From: Phycisphaerae bacterium
GTDB lineage: Bacteria; Planctomycetota; Phycisphaerae; UBA1845
DNA: 64,000 bases
Direction: 5' to 3'
Assembly (NCBI GenBank): GCA_963666835.2
Contig: CAXXGO010000001.1
Location: 1,248,001-1,312,000, forward strand
Made by a program: the position numbers and the translations under genes. Numbering within the stretch: position 1 is the stretch's first letter; the number at the start of each line of letters is the position of its first letter. The notes beneath the pieces were generated by a model. The model saw nothing but the letters and a program-made list of their open reading frames with translations, made no database searches and had not been told where the DNA came from. Shown one piece after another: positions 28,501 to 38,110 of this stretch.

Positions 28501-31500
28501 TTACGGGCCGGAGATCGTGATAAGGCCCGGAATCAACGTAATCGGCAGGATTGCGTTGTGGTCGCCATCGCCCATGACGGTAACTTGCGTGTCCGGATTG
28601 AAGCCGATCGTGAACGTCCCCGAAGCATCCGAAGAGACATCGACAATAAGCGTGCCGGCGTACTTCTCCGCTCCCGTATCGGCAACGGGCAGGACGGGGT
28701 TGCCCGTGAGAAGCGACGCTATATACAGGTTAACGGGATTAGCTACCGGGATAACCGCCAGATCAAAGAATACGTAGTCGGGGTCGTAAGGGTCAACATA
28801 GTAGGCGGCGTGCGCATCACAGAAGCCGCTCCCTTCGCATGACGAGGGCGGAACATGGTTGGGTTCAGAGCAGTCCTCGTCGCCCTCGCAGGGAATCTCC
28901 GCAAGGCCGAGCATCCCAGTCGAACCACTTGTGAAACTACCCTCACTGACCCCCGTTGCGAAATACTCGAGCAACGGATCCCCGTTATGGTCGGGATCCC
29001 AGTTCGCGACGTGCAATTCGATCGTTACCTGAGCTCCGCCGGGCGGGATGATAATCTCGTTGTCATTCAGGGTGTACGCCCCGTCCGATTCGACGGGACG
29101 CCAGATCATGCGCGCGGCCGGGGCATCCGGACACGTACAATGACCGGCGCAGCCCGCTGACTCCGGCGGGCAATCCGAGTTATCATCGCACACGATCGTT
29201 GTGAAGTCCGTATACTCGCAGGAACCTCCGACGCACTCGTCAAGCGTGCAGTCGTCTCCATCGTTACACACCATCGGATTGTGGCTCACCTCGCCCGTCT
29301 CCGGGTCGCACACATCGATCGTGCAAGGGTCGCTGTCGTTAATCATCGTCGTAACGCCCGTGTCCGGATCGCAGCAACGGGTTACCGGGTTGTAATTGAG
29401 CTCGTTAATGCAATCTCCCGTTTCGATGTCGCAGGAATCGTCCGTGCAGGCGCTGTCGTCGTCGCAATCGACCGGATAGCACATCGGGCAGTCGCCCCAA
29501 TCGGGGCAGAAAGAATCCGCATCCCGACCCTGGAAGACCATCAGCGTCCATACAACGTCAACGAAGTTCATCAATTGGTTCGGAACGCAATCATGAAGAT
29601 CCATCCCGGCCAGGGTTATGCTCAAGTAGTTGCCCTTGAAAGCCTCGACCCCGAGCAATACGTCCGTGAAGTTCACGACCGTGTTGTTGTCGACGTCCCC
29701 GAGCTTCCAAGTCCACGCGGTCGTCATGTCCGAATATGCCGGGTTGCCCGGCCAGCCGCAGTCCGCCCAAACCTCGAACTGCGTCGCCGGAGTCACCGAC
29801 TCGCCGGTGATGTAGACCGGATCACCCCACTCCGCCGGAGTCAAGAACACCGCATCCGCCGGATCGTCCACCAGAACCCCCGCCTGAACCGTCGGGCCAC
29901 TGTAACCCAGCACTTCAAACGGCACCGGGGCGCCGACGTAACGGGCTATCCCGGCCGTACAGGCCCCCCGTACCATAATCGCCTGCGGAGCCTCGGAATC
30001 CGGGGGCTGTAACGAAACCGCCAGATAACGCGGGCCGGCCGCTTCCACGATCGGAGCGTCGCACAGGCAGGTGTCCAGTTCTTCGTCACATGGTCCGCCG
30101 CACGGATTGCCCGAATGGTCGCAACCGACACCCACTACGCAGATCTCGTCGCCGTTGCAGAACAGGCCGTCGTCCGGGCACTCCTCGTGGTTCGGCGTGT
30201 TAACGCATTCATCGATGATGTCGTTGCACGAATCGGAGGTGCAGTCGATCTCGTCGTCGCAGTCCACCTCCGTACCGTCCTGACAGTCCTCGATCGGATC
30301 ACACCACTCGAACCCGTCGCACCACAGGCCGTTGTCGCAGTTCGCATCGTTGGGAATGTTGCGGCAAACATCCGCGACGTCATCGCAAGAGTCGTCCGTA
30401 CAGTCCACCAGGTCATCGCAGTCCGGAACGGTGCCGGGACTGATCACGCAGTCGTCGATCGGGTCGCAAATCTCCACCCCGTCACACCACTGTCCGTTAT
30501 CGCAGTTGGCATCGTTCGGTTCGTTGTAACAGACGTCGAGAACGTCATCGCAGGTGTCGTCGGTACACGAAACATCGTCGTCGCACGCAAAGGAACCGCC
30601 GGAACAGGCGCCCGAAAGGCACGCCTCGTCTATCGTGCAGAACAGACCATCGTCACACGGGTCTCCGTTATCCGCATGATTAGCCAGGCAAGTGCCCGTA
30701 CTGTTGCAGGTGTCCGGGTCCGTGCAATCCGTATCACTCGGGTCTCCACAACTTGTCCCGAACGGTTCGTCGTTTGGATCACACCCGCCGGATCCGTCAC
30801 AGGTATCCGGATCGGTACAATCCGTGTCCGCCGAGCTGCCGCACGGAGTGCCTGCCGAGGCGAAGTTCTCGATACACACCGCGGAGGCGTTGCAGGTGTC
30901 TTGAGCATCGCAAGGCCCCAGCGGTGGGCCGCCGCAATCCGTACCTTCGGGCATGGGATCATGGCTTACCGAACCGTCCGCCGTATTGCAGACGTCGTCC
31001 GTGCAGTCGTTATCGTCATCCAACGGTTCGAGATTCCCGGTCGTCGGATCACAACATTCGACCGAATCGTCGTAGTTAATGGGGTTATCGCAGAGCTGCG
31101 AGGGCAAGCAGTCGTCACCGGTGCAGAGGTTGCCGTCGGCGCAGTTCGCGTCGGAGATGCAGGCCACGAATATGATCGCCGGCGATTTATCCAACGGCTC
31201 GATCAAGAACCCGATTTCGTCGCGGATGAAGGTGAAACTGTCATTATCGACCACGTCGATCGTGTAGACCCCATTGGCACCGGCCGGTACGTCGATAAGT
31301 AGCGTACCGGCGTAATAATCCAACCCGCCGTCGGTCTTGCCGCTACCCATGATCACCGCACCGTACTCGTAATCGAGCGTGATTGTGGCCACGGCGGGAA
31401 TGCTGGTTACTCCGTTGAAGACGTAGTCCGTCCGGCTCGAGTCGATGAAGGCTCCGTTGGCAGGTGTGGCGGGCCAGCCCGTCGGCACCAGCGGGTCACC

Positions 31501-31764
31501 GTTCCCGCTGCTATAGCCGGTTCCGTCGATGGTAAACTGATATGCCCCTAGAGGAGGTCCGTCCTCCTCCGGATCCCACCCGGAGAGCTTCATCTCCAGG
31601 GTAACAGTCTGCCCGCCGCCCTGTAACGTGATCATGTTACCGTCGATGCTGTGGGAACCGGTCGCTTCAATCGGCACCCAGAAAAAGTCCGCTCCGTAAC
31701 TCGAAATCGACGTCAAGCCGATCACCAACGCAAACACGCCGTACCTATACCGGGAACGCAACAT
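28501..31764 (-). CDS. large secreted Cys/Asp-rich repeat protein with dockerin-like motif and duplicated terminal beta-sandwich domains
   Basis: AGGAGG RBS; signal peptide; many CDD..CT.D.C repeats; GDVDNNTVVNFTDV; homologous N- and C-terminal domains. Confidence 0.85.
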   Translation of the reverse strand: MLRSRYRYGVFALVIGLTSISSYGADFFWVPIEATGSHSIDGNMITLQGGGQTVTLEMKLSGWDPEEDGPPLGAYQFTIDGTGYSSGNGDPLVPTGWPATPANGAFIDSSRTDYVFNGVTSIPAVATITLDYEYGAVIMGSGKTDGGLDYYAGTLLIDVPAGANGVYTIDVVDNDSFTFIRDEIGFLIEPLDKSPAIIFVACISDANCADGNLCTGDDCLPSQLCDNPINYDDSVECCDPTTGNLEPLDDDNDCTDDVCNTADGSVSHDPMPEGTDCGGPPLGPCDAQDTCNASAVCIENFASAGTPCGSSADTDCTDPDTCDGSGGCDPNDEPFGTSCGDPSDTDCTDPDTCNSTGTCLANHADNGDPCDDGLFCTIDEACLSGACSGGSFACDDDVSCTDDTCDDVLDVCYNEPNDANCDNGQWCDGVEICDPIDDCVISPGTVPDCDDLVDCTDDSCDDVADVCRNIPNDANCDNGLWCDGFEWCDPIEDCQDGTEVDCDDEIDCTSDSCNDIIDECVNTPNHEECPDDGLFCNGDEICVVGVGCDHSGNPCGGPCDEELDTCLCDAPIVEAAGPRYLAVSLQPPDSEAPQAIMVRGACTAGIARYVGAPVPFEVLGYSGPTVQAGVLVDDPADAVFLTPAEWGDPVYITGESVTPATQFEVWADCGWPGNPAYSDMTTAWTWKLGDVDNNTVVNFTDVLLGVEAFKGNYLSITLAGMDLHDCVPNQLMNFVDVVWTLMVFQGRDADSFCPDWGDCPMCYPVDCDDDSACTDDSCDIETGDCINELNYNPVTRCCDPDTGVTTMINDSDPCTIDVCDPETGEVSHNPMVCNDGDDCTLDECVGGSCEYTDFTTIVCDDNSDCPPESAGCAGHCTCPDAPAARMIWRPVESDGAYTLNDNEIIIPPGGAQVTIELHVANWDPDHNGDPLLEYFATGVSEGSFTSGSTGMLGLAEIPCEGDEDCSEPNHVPPSSCEGSGFCDAHAAYYVDPYDPDYVFFDLAVIPVANPVNLYIASLLTGNPVLPVADTGAEKYAGTLIVDVSSDASGTFTIGFNPDTQVTVMGDGDHNAILPITLIPGLITISGP

Positions 31765-31832
31765 GGGTATGCCTCCTGATGGGACAGCCGTAATCACAAA
31801 CCACTTCCTCGCTTGAAATGGCACGATACTGC

Positions 31833-31861
31833 TGATTACACATTCTAACAGAGTGTAATCA
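31833..31861. promoter_or_regulatory. inverted repeat TGATTACAC-N11-GTGTAATCA, candidate operator
   Basis: Perfect 9-bp arms in an AT-rich intergenic region about 70 nt upstream of the Cys-rich protein start. Confidence 0.4.
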
Positions 31862-32063
31862 CTAATGGAAGGAATTTTCGGACTCCAACGGAACAAACCG
31901 GCGGGTCGCCTCGATGTGGTCAACAGATGGCCCCCGTGGTATGCTGTCTTGTGCAAGAATTAACGCAGGCTTTCTTTTGTGCTGTTGGAATCGCGTATTG
32001 CGGATGGAAATGGGCGGTGCGCGTTGCGGCGGGACTACGAGGACACATTAGCGAGGCGAAGCA

Positions 32064-32249
32064 ATGCTTGAACGGGAACGGATCGACTTACTGCGGAGGT
32101 ACTCTGGAGAGATCATGGCGGCTATTGTCGGGACCAGCGTGGGCACCGAGGCTCTGCCGCGGCCGGACAAGGCGGCCAAGCAGGCGTGTGTCCTGGCCGG
32201 GGCACTCCTGCAAGAGGTTGAAAAGGCGGAAGCAAAACTGGCGACCTAG
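32064..32249 (+). CDS. small hypothetical helical protein
   Basis: 61 aa ORF with GAGG upstream; fills an intergenic gap; protein-like composition. Confidence 0.45.
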   Translation: MLERERIDLLRRYSGEIMAAIVGTSVGTEALPRPDKAAKQACVLAGALLQEVEKAEAKLAT

Positions 32250-32500
32250 TGCCACCTATCGGAAGGTCGTTCACGGTCCTTCACTACCTGGTAAGGGGCG
32301 GAGGAAGATACACGACGACTTTGTTGAAGACAACCCGGCTCTGTTGCCTTGGGGATGCGCTGACGACAGCCCCGCCACTGAGATGTCATGCAGTGGCAGG
32401 GCTGTCGTAATACAGTGGCCACGGTCAAGAAAGTGGGCCGGCTCCGACCCGATTCGCCCTTGGATGATACTAAGATGCGCCCGTACCCTCTCGCAACGGG

Positions 32501-34201
32501 CTAGGGCTTTCCGGGTCCTCCGCCCGCCGACCGCAGGATCTTCGCGGCCCCCGCTTCCTCGAACCGGGATAGATCGGTCCAGAAGGTCCCGTCCCCGGCG
32601 AAGAAAAGCTGAATCGACTCGGGTTCGAAGTTCTCGGCGAAAGTGTAGAGATTGTACGCCGACCCACTACCCAGGGCGCCAACCAGCAGCCGATATCCGT
32701 CGGCCTCGGCCTGTTGAGCCATTTTGTCCACGTCCGCGTTCGCCTGCCCGAGAATCTCGATACGTTGCGCGTCGAGCCGGGCGACTTCCTCTTGAATCGT
32801 AGCCACTTCCAGCTTCGCCTGGGCATCGATTTCCGCCGCGCGCTTCTCGCCATCGGCCGTTACGTTGGCGACCATCACCCGGGTTTCGGCCTGGATCGTC
32901 TCACGAGCGATATCGATCTTCTTACGTTCCTCTTCCAGTTGGGCGCGGACTGTGGCCGCCTCCCGCTGTTTGTCCTTGGTGATCTGTTTCTCAACCGCCG
33001 CATAGCTTTGCTGAATCGTACGCTTCAGATCTTCCGTAACTTCACCCTCGGCCATCCCGGACGACGGCGCATGCACCTCGATTTCGCGGACCAAGGCGAT
33101 AAGCACTTCGATGTTCTTGCGGCCGCAGATCCGTTGCAGCTCCGCGGTGAGGTCGCGTTGGAACAGCTCGCGTTTCTCGCCGTGGATGAAGTCCCTGGCG
33201 TCGTAGGTCGATCCGATATTACGGCAAATCGAGCGCAGTTGCGGGCCGATCACCTTGTCCAGTACGCGATCTACGTTTCCGAACTCGTTGATGATCTCCG
33301 CCGCGTGTTCCGGATGGACGCCCCACACCACGGTGACCCCGACGCGGATCAGGTATCCGGTGTCCGAAGGAAAGGAAATCCGAAGATTCTCGGCTTCCGA
33401 GACCTTTGTTTGAGAATACTCGTTGAAGCCGATCTCGATCAAGGTGACCTTCTGCAGTCTCGGGTTGATGAAGTAGACACCAGGCTGTAACACGTCGCGC
33501 AATGTGCCGCGCTGGCCCTTGTCAGCTAAAGGCCGCACGAAGCTGTGATAATCCTCGGTGTCTCCCGACTCCGCGCCGGATGCTACCGAGCTGTCGACCG
33601 GTGCAAGTTCCGGAGGATCGTCACCGAAGAGGTTCGTTACGACCCCGACGAATCCGGCCGGAATGACCACGGCCGGATGGAGTTCGACGTCATAGACGTA
33701 CGGGTTGATCCGGTATGTCCCCGGTGTCAGGACTTCTCGCAGAATACCGCGTACCCCGGACTCGCGGGTGACAACCACTTGGCCCGGAGCGGGATCGGCG
33801 CCAACCTTGCGCGTAACCACCCCGATTTTTGGGAAGTTCCCCTGGAATTTAAAGGTGCCGGAGCGCAGCTCGTCTCGCTGACTCTTGTTGAGGGAGTGGA
33901 TCCACTCCCAAGTGCTCGGGTCCCCGGATGGGATCTGCTGTAGGGGGTGCAGTTCGGCTTCCCAGATGATGGGCCAGCGAAAGTGCCGTCCAGGCCCGAG
34001 CACGTCCATCTGGATTCCCTTCTGCCCCGGCGCGGTGGCTACGGCTTGTCCTTGTGGAAGTTCCGTCCCGGTCTTCCGGGTGAGCACGGCACATTGGTCC
34101 TCCGGCACGTAGATCCGGCACGCAAACCAGGCAAACAGACCTGACGCGGCAAGCGCCGTACACAGTAGACCGAGCCCAAGGATGATTCTTCGATACATCA
34201 T
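32501..34201 (-). CDS. SPFH/band 7 domain protein
   Basis: N-terminal TM, three G...VL.PG.Y..NP repeats, SPFH core (FPSDTGYLIRVGVTVVW), AE-rich coiled coil. Confidence 0.9.
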   Translation of the reverse strand: MMYRRIILGLGLLCTALAASGLFAWFACRIYVPEDQCAVLTRKTGTELPQGQAVATAPGQKGIQMDVLGPGRHFRWPIIWEAELHPLQQIPSGDPSTWEWIHSLNKSQRDELRSGTFKFQGNFPKIGVVTRKVGADPAPGQVVVTRESGVRGILREVLTPGTYRINPYVYDVELHPAVVIPAGFVGVVTNLFGDDPPELAPVDSSVASGAESGDTEDYHSFVRPLADKGQRGTLRDVLQPGVYFINPRLQKVTLIEIGFNEYSQTKVSEAENLRISFPSDTGYLIRVGVTVVWGVHPEHAAEIINEFGNVDRVLDKVIGPQLRSICRNIGSTYDARDFIHGEKRELFQRDLTAELQRICGRKNIEVLIALVREIEVHAPSSGMAEGEVTEDLKRTIQQSYAAVEKQITKDKQREAATVRAQLEEERKKIDIARETIQAETRVMVANVTADGEKRAAEIDAQAKLEVATIQEEVARLDAQRIEILGQANADVDKMAQQAEADGYRLLVGALGSGSAYNLYTFAENFEPESIQLFFAGDGTFWTDLSRFEEAGAAKILRSAGGGPGKP

Positions 34202-35787
34202 TTACCACCTCCCTGCGAGGCCTCGCTCTCAAAGGTCTGCAACTGTTTGAAGATCTCGGCGAAAGGACCTTCTGTGTTTGACAATATGGACTTGATCGAC
34301 GGTGCAATCTTCCGCAAGAACGACTGTTGAGCATACGTAGTTCCGTCGCCGAATGCCTCCACCGCCGCCGCCAGCGGCTCCGCCTGCGCCTCGTATTCGA
34401 AGAGTACAACGTTCGCTTCGGCCCGCCCCCGCGCTCGCGTAGCCGCCGCTTCCTTCTCGGCGGCCTGCAGCACGAGTTTCGCCACTTCCAACTCTCGCTG
34501 GGCCTGGGTGACCGCGATGATCTTGCGCTGCTCCGCCTTTTTGGTTACGGTGACGACGTCGCGCCGGGCGTTGCCGATAGCCTGGTTTCGAGCGCTTAGC
34601 TCTTGTTGCTCTACGAGCTTCACTTCGGACTTGGCCTCTTCCATTTCGTTCATGGAGCGCTCGATCTCCTGATCGGCCTGCTCCCGTTGGCTGATCAGCG
34701 CGGCGATCTCGGCCGGCGGGATGATGTCCCGCACCAGGGCGGCCTTGATGTCGATACCACCCTTGCTGCACTCGCGGCGCAACTCGTCCAGCAGGCGCAC
34801 CTGGAACGCCGTTCGGGTCTTGCCGCTAATAAAGTCGCGGGCCTTAAGCTTCGATCCCTGGATGCGAGAGATACTCCGGGCGTTCGGCAGGATGATCTTG
34901 TTGAGGATGTCGGTCTCGTCTCCGTACGCCACCGTCACCTCGGCCACTCGATTGGGCAGGATGGCCCACTCGATCGTCCCCTCAATCGTGATCGTGAAGC
35001 TATCGTACGAGGGGAAGTGAATCGCGTCGTCGCCCAGCATGTCATACTTGTGACTCCGCACGTCGACGATCTCGATCTTCTCTAGATACGGGTTGTAGTA
35101 CTCCAGACCCGGTGGACGAGTCCGGCGCTGAACGCCCTTCTCCCCGGGTTCGACCGTCCAAGTGTTTCGGGTTACCGGATCCTGCCCGCTGAGCAGGGTG
35201 ACCACGCCTACATGGCCTTCCGGAATCTGAATGGCGTCGAATTGTTGAACATCGTAGGCCAGCAAGTTGATGTTGTGACGCGCCGGCTTCAGGATTGCTT
35301 CGACCGGCCCGCGTTCGTCAGGCTCCGTGGCCACCGTCTTGGGAAACGGTAGCGGATTCCCGTAGCGGCGAACCAAGACCCCGATCCTATTCTGCTTGAT
35401 GAGCGTAGCCCGCTGTTTGATGGCCTTGTATTTGTACGGGTTGGGGAAGTAACGCCCTTCGGTCAAGACCTCGTAGCGGATTCCCTTGTAACCTTCGCGA
35501 ACCTCCTCTTCCGTTTCCCCGGTTACCTCGGCGATGCTCCGAACCAACTCAGGATAGAGCACAACCTGGTCGGAGAACTGGTCCGCCAGCTCCTTAGGAA
35601 TGGTCCGGCCGGTCTTGTTGACCAGCACCAGCAACTCGTTTGCCTCGACCTCCACACGAATCAGGAACCAGTAGATGGCTCCGGTCAACAGCAGCATGAA
35701 GAGCGGCACGGCCACGATCGCCGCCACCCCGGGCAACGGGGAGCGCGGAATCGATGGTCGGACAGGGGTAGTATCGTAGTCCGGCAT
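34198..35787 (-). CDS. SPFH/band 7 domain protein
   Basis: AAAGGA RBS; TM; SPFH core (FPSYDSFTITIEGTIEW ... ALVRDIIPP); coiled coil; 4-nt overlap with the downstream paralog. Confidence 0.9.
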   Translation of the reverse strand: MPDYDTTPVRPSIPRSPLPGVAAIVAVPLFMLLLTGAIYWFLIRVEVEANELLVLVNKTGRTIPKELADQFSDQVVLYPELVRSIAEVTGETEEEVREGYKGIRYEVLTEGRYFPNPYKYKAIKQRATLIKQNRIGVLVRRYGNPLPFPKTVATEPDERGPVEAILKPARHNINLLAYDVQQFDAIQIPEGHVGVVTLLSGQDPVTRNTWTVEPGEKGVQRRTRPPGLEYYNPYLEKIEIVDVRSHKYDMLGDDAIHFPSYDSFTITIEGTIEWAILPNRVAEVTVAYGDETDILNKIILPNARSISRIQGSKLKARDFISGKTRTAFQVRLLDELRRECSKGGIDIKAALVRDIIPPAEIAALISQREQADQEIERSMNEMEEAKSEVKLVEQQELSARNQAIGNARRDVVTVTKKAEQRKIIAVTQAQRELEVAKLVLQAAEKEAAATRARGRAEANVVLFEYEAQAEPLAAAVEAFGDGTTYAQQSFLRKIAPSIKSILSNTEGPFAEIFKQLQTFESEASQGGGK

Positions 35788-35957
35788 AATGTGAAGTCCT
35801 TTCAGTTTACCGACAAGTACGCGAGTATTTGCACGTCCCGCACCAAGGACGCCTTGGAGAGGTCGCTCGCCGACAGACACGGCCCACCGCGACCGGAACT
35901 TGACCGAGAAGCCCGGAAGAGAATCCCGCGGCTTCACCGGGCTCAATCAACAGACCG

Positions 35958-36149
35958 TTAATCCAGCGGGTTGCCGCACTGGGCGCAGTATTTGGCTCGC
36001 ACCGGATTAACGGCGCGGCACCGGGAGCACACCTGGCGGCGCCCCGCCCGCGCGCGACTCCGCCACGCCCGCCACATCAGGCCAACTCCTACGGCGAAGC
36101 AGCCCACCAGCGCGAGCGCGACAATCTGCGTCATCGGGCCTGCGAACAT
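35958..36149 (-). CDS. small membrane protein with C-terminal zinc ribbon
   Basis: TM followed by CSRC...AKYCAQCG. Confidence 0.7.
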   Translation of the reverse strand: MFAGPMTQIVALALVGCFAVGVGLMWRAWRSRARAGRRQVCSRCRAVNPVRAKYCAQCGNPLD

Positions 36150-36408
36150 GTAAGGGTCCTCGTTTCGTACCAACTGATCCGCCGGTAATATACCACACGC
36201 CCCCGACGGTGCCATTTACAATTATGCGCGTACTTTCGAACCACCACCCGAGCCGGCGAACGCCGACCTGAAACGTGCCGACATGGGTGGCGGCGGGTTT
36301 TCGCTCGCTGGCCTGCTCGGATACGATAGAAGTGCGATTGTGCCGGCTGGCCCCTCTTCAAAGGTGGGGGACTGGCGTCACTTTCTCCGTTGTGCGAAAC
36401 ACGGCCGG

Positions 36409-36508
36409 GTGGCCCACGTCCTTTTGATTTGTGCGGATACTCTGATTGGTTGAGGGTCGTTCAAGGCTATGTCGTCTGGACGTGGGGGAGCCGATGATAT
36501 ACCCTCCC
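36409..36508. repeat. structured ~100-nt dispersed repeat, copy 1
   Basis: Aligns with 38205-38308; outer stem CCCACGTCC/GGACGTGGG. Confidence 0.8.
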
Positions 36509-36534
36509 GTGCACGCCGACGCATCTTCGCTCTT

Positions 36535-36706
36535 GCCCCGAAGGAGCCCAGGTGTGTAGCCAGGGGGCGCAAGCCCCTGGTGAGGGTGCCGCCAATGTCG
36601 ATTAGCCCCGAGAGGCGACAGAAGGAAGAGGCGACCATGGGCCAAACGCTCACCTGTTTGCACTACCACGTTGTGTTCAGCGGGTAGGGCAGGTCGTCGA
36701 CCTGCC
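36535..36706 (+). mobile_element. IS200/IS605-like left-end palindromes, tnpA 5' remnant (36637-36687) and GTAG REP
   Basis: ccagggggcgcaagcccctgg palindrome flanked by gccccg hairpins; ORF MGQTLTCLHYHVVFSG* resembles a Y1 TnpA N-terminus; stop lies inside GTAG-GGCAGGTCG-T-CGACCTGCC. Confidence 0.7.
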
Positions 36707-36785
36707 ATCGGGATCGAGGTCGATTTGAACGTCGTGACTCAGTGCTGGGGAGAAGATGCAAAGGAACGCGCGATCGGAGAAGGCT

Positions 36786-37523
36786 ATGCGAGATTGGTGG
36801 ACCAACAGAACGAAGAGGCCCATCCTACTCGCAGCGGTCTCTCTTCTGGTGATTCTCGTTTATCTGTGGGCGTCGGCGATCAAGAGCGACGTTCCGGTGT
36901 TCGACGTGCCGCGTCTGTTTGGAGACTCGTTAATGCTGCGTTATGAGTCGGAGGATGGCGGCGATCTTCTGATCACCCGTACTCGGCTGCACTACCAACG
37001 CAAGGGCGGCGTTCATCCCAATCCGGTTTACCGGTATGATTCCGCGGACGGGACCCTGGAAGAAGGTGGTGGCAGAGATTGGGACATGGCAGCGGGTGAG
37101 ATAATCAAGACTTTCTCCACGGGATCGGCGACGGATGCGCGTCTCATCGTGAAAGACGGGCGGCTGCGTCATTGGGGTAAGGCCATCAAATCTCGCACAA
37201 TCCTGACAAAGGGGGAAACTGCGCTGGGAGTGTGCGTGGACTCTCCCGGACGACTAACCGCAGTCTTCTCGGCAGACGGACGGAAGCGGCCGGTGTTGAG
37301 GGGGTGGTTTGTCTCAGCCGGTGGCGGCTACAGGGGGCAGCACTATGTTGAGTTCTTCGAGTTGCCCTCTGCCGAGCGGATTGGAGATGCCGTTCGAATT
37401 CCCTTTACTACGGCGGAGGGAATGGAGTCCGGCTGTTGGTCGGAAGATGAAAAGTACTTCGTATTGGCGTCGCACCGGCAGATGCGCCTATGCGTGATTC
37501 ATGTCGGTCATAACGGGGAGTGA
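36786..37523 (+). CDS. membrane-anchored hypothetical protein (partial beta-propeller-like)
   Basis: N-terminal TM ILLAAVSLLVILVYLWA; C-terminal GCWSEDEKYFV. Confidence 0.65.
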   Translation: MRDWWTNRTKRPILLAAVSLLVILVYLWASAIKSDVPVFDVPRLFGDSLMLRYESEDGGDLLITRTRLHYQRKGGVHPNPVYRYDSADGTLEEGGGRDWDMAAGEIIKTFSTGSATDARLIVKDGRLRHWGKAIKSRTILTKGETALGVCVDSPGRLTAVFSADGRKRPVLRGWFVSAGGGYRGQHYVEFFELPSAERIGDAVRIPFTTAEGMESGCWSEDEKYFVLASHRQMRLCVIHVGHNGE

Positions 37524-37647
37524 GAGGCATGCAGCCCGGTGGCAGACAGCGTTGGTGTCTTTCCATGGAGCCGCGGTTCGGTTAGTCTCCCGGCAGAGTG
37601 TTGAGTTCGATCTGAAGAACAAGGAACCACTTCACGGAGGCTCACGA

Positions 37648-38058
37648 ATGAAACTGGCGGTGTTTCTCATTGTCGTTGTTGGGGTTGTGGTTGCGGTCAT
37701 GTACATCGGAGGGTCATCGACGGAGGATTTCGATCCGACGGAGCAGGGTTTGCAGGCCCGCGCGGCTGTCAAGATGGGCGTACCCTGGACCGAGGTGCTC
37801 GAGGTCGCCGGAGAACCGCGTCACTGGCGCGACGAGCCCAGTGGGTTCGACTTCCATTATGTAGATCGGTTCGATTCCAACGCGCGCGAGGTGATCGCCA
37901 AGGGTATTGAGGAGGACGACTATCCGTATGGGTTCAGCTTCCTCTACCGGTTTTCTGATTCCGCCACGTTCGCAGTGAATTTCGACCGCAAGGGCATGAG
38001 CGTTAACATCCAGGACAAAGAGAGTAAGAAAGACCTGATGGAAGATCTCGGCGGGTAG
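37648..38058 (+). CDS. membrane-anchored hypothetical protein
   Basis: GGAGG RBS; N-terminal TM; VKMGVPWTEVLEVAGEP is reminiscent of the BamE/SmpA-like fold. Confidence 0.7.
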   Translation: MKLAVFLIVVVGVVVAVMYIGGSSTEDFDPTEQGLQARAAVKMGVPWTEVLEVAGEPRHWRDEPSGFDFHYVDRFDSNAREVIAKGIEEDDYPYGFSFLYRFSDSATFAVNFDRKGMSVNIQDKESKKDLMEDLGG

Positions 38059-38110
38059 GGCGATCGGCGGCCGTCGGCTGCGGTCGAGGGTGGTGCGAAC
38101 CGTCGAAGCT

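Noticed and set aside
30115..31302. 395-aa Val/Arg/Ile-rich plus-strand ORF
   Set aside because: Antisense shadow of the Asp/Cys repeat region
35890..35950. Riboswitch upstream of the SPFH pair
   Set aside because: A hairpin (agcccgg/ccgggct) is present but matches no riboswitch consensus I can recognise
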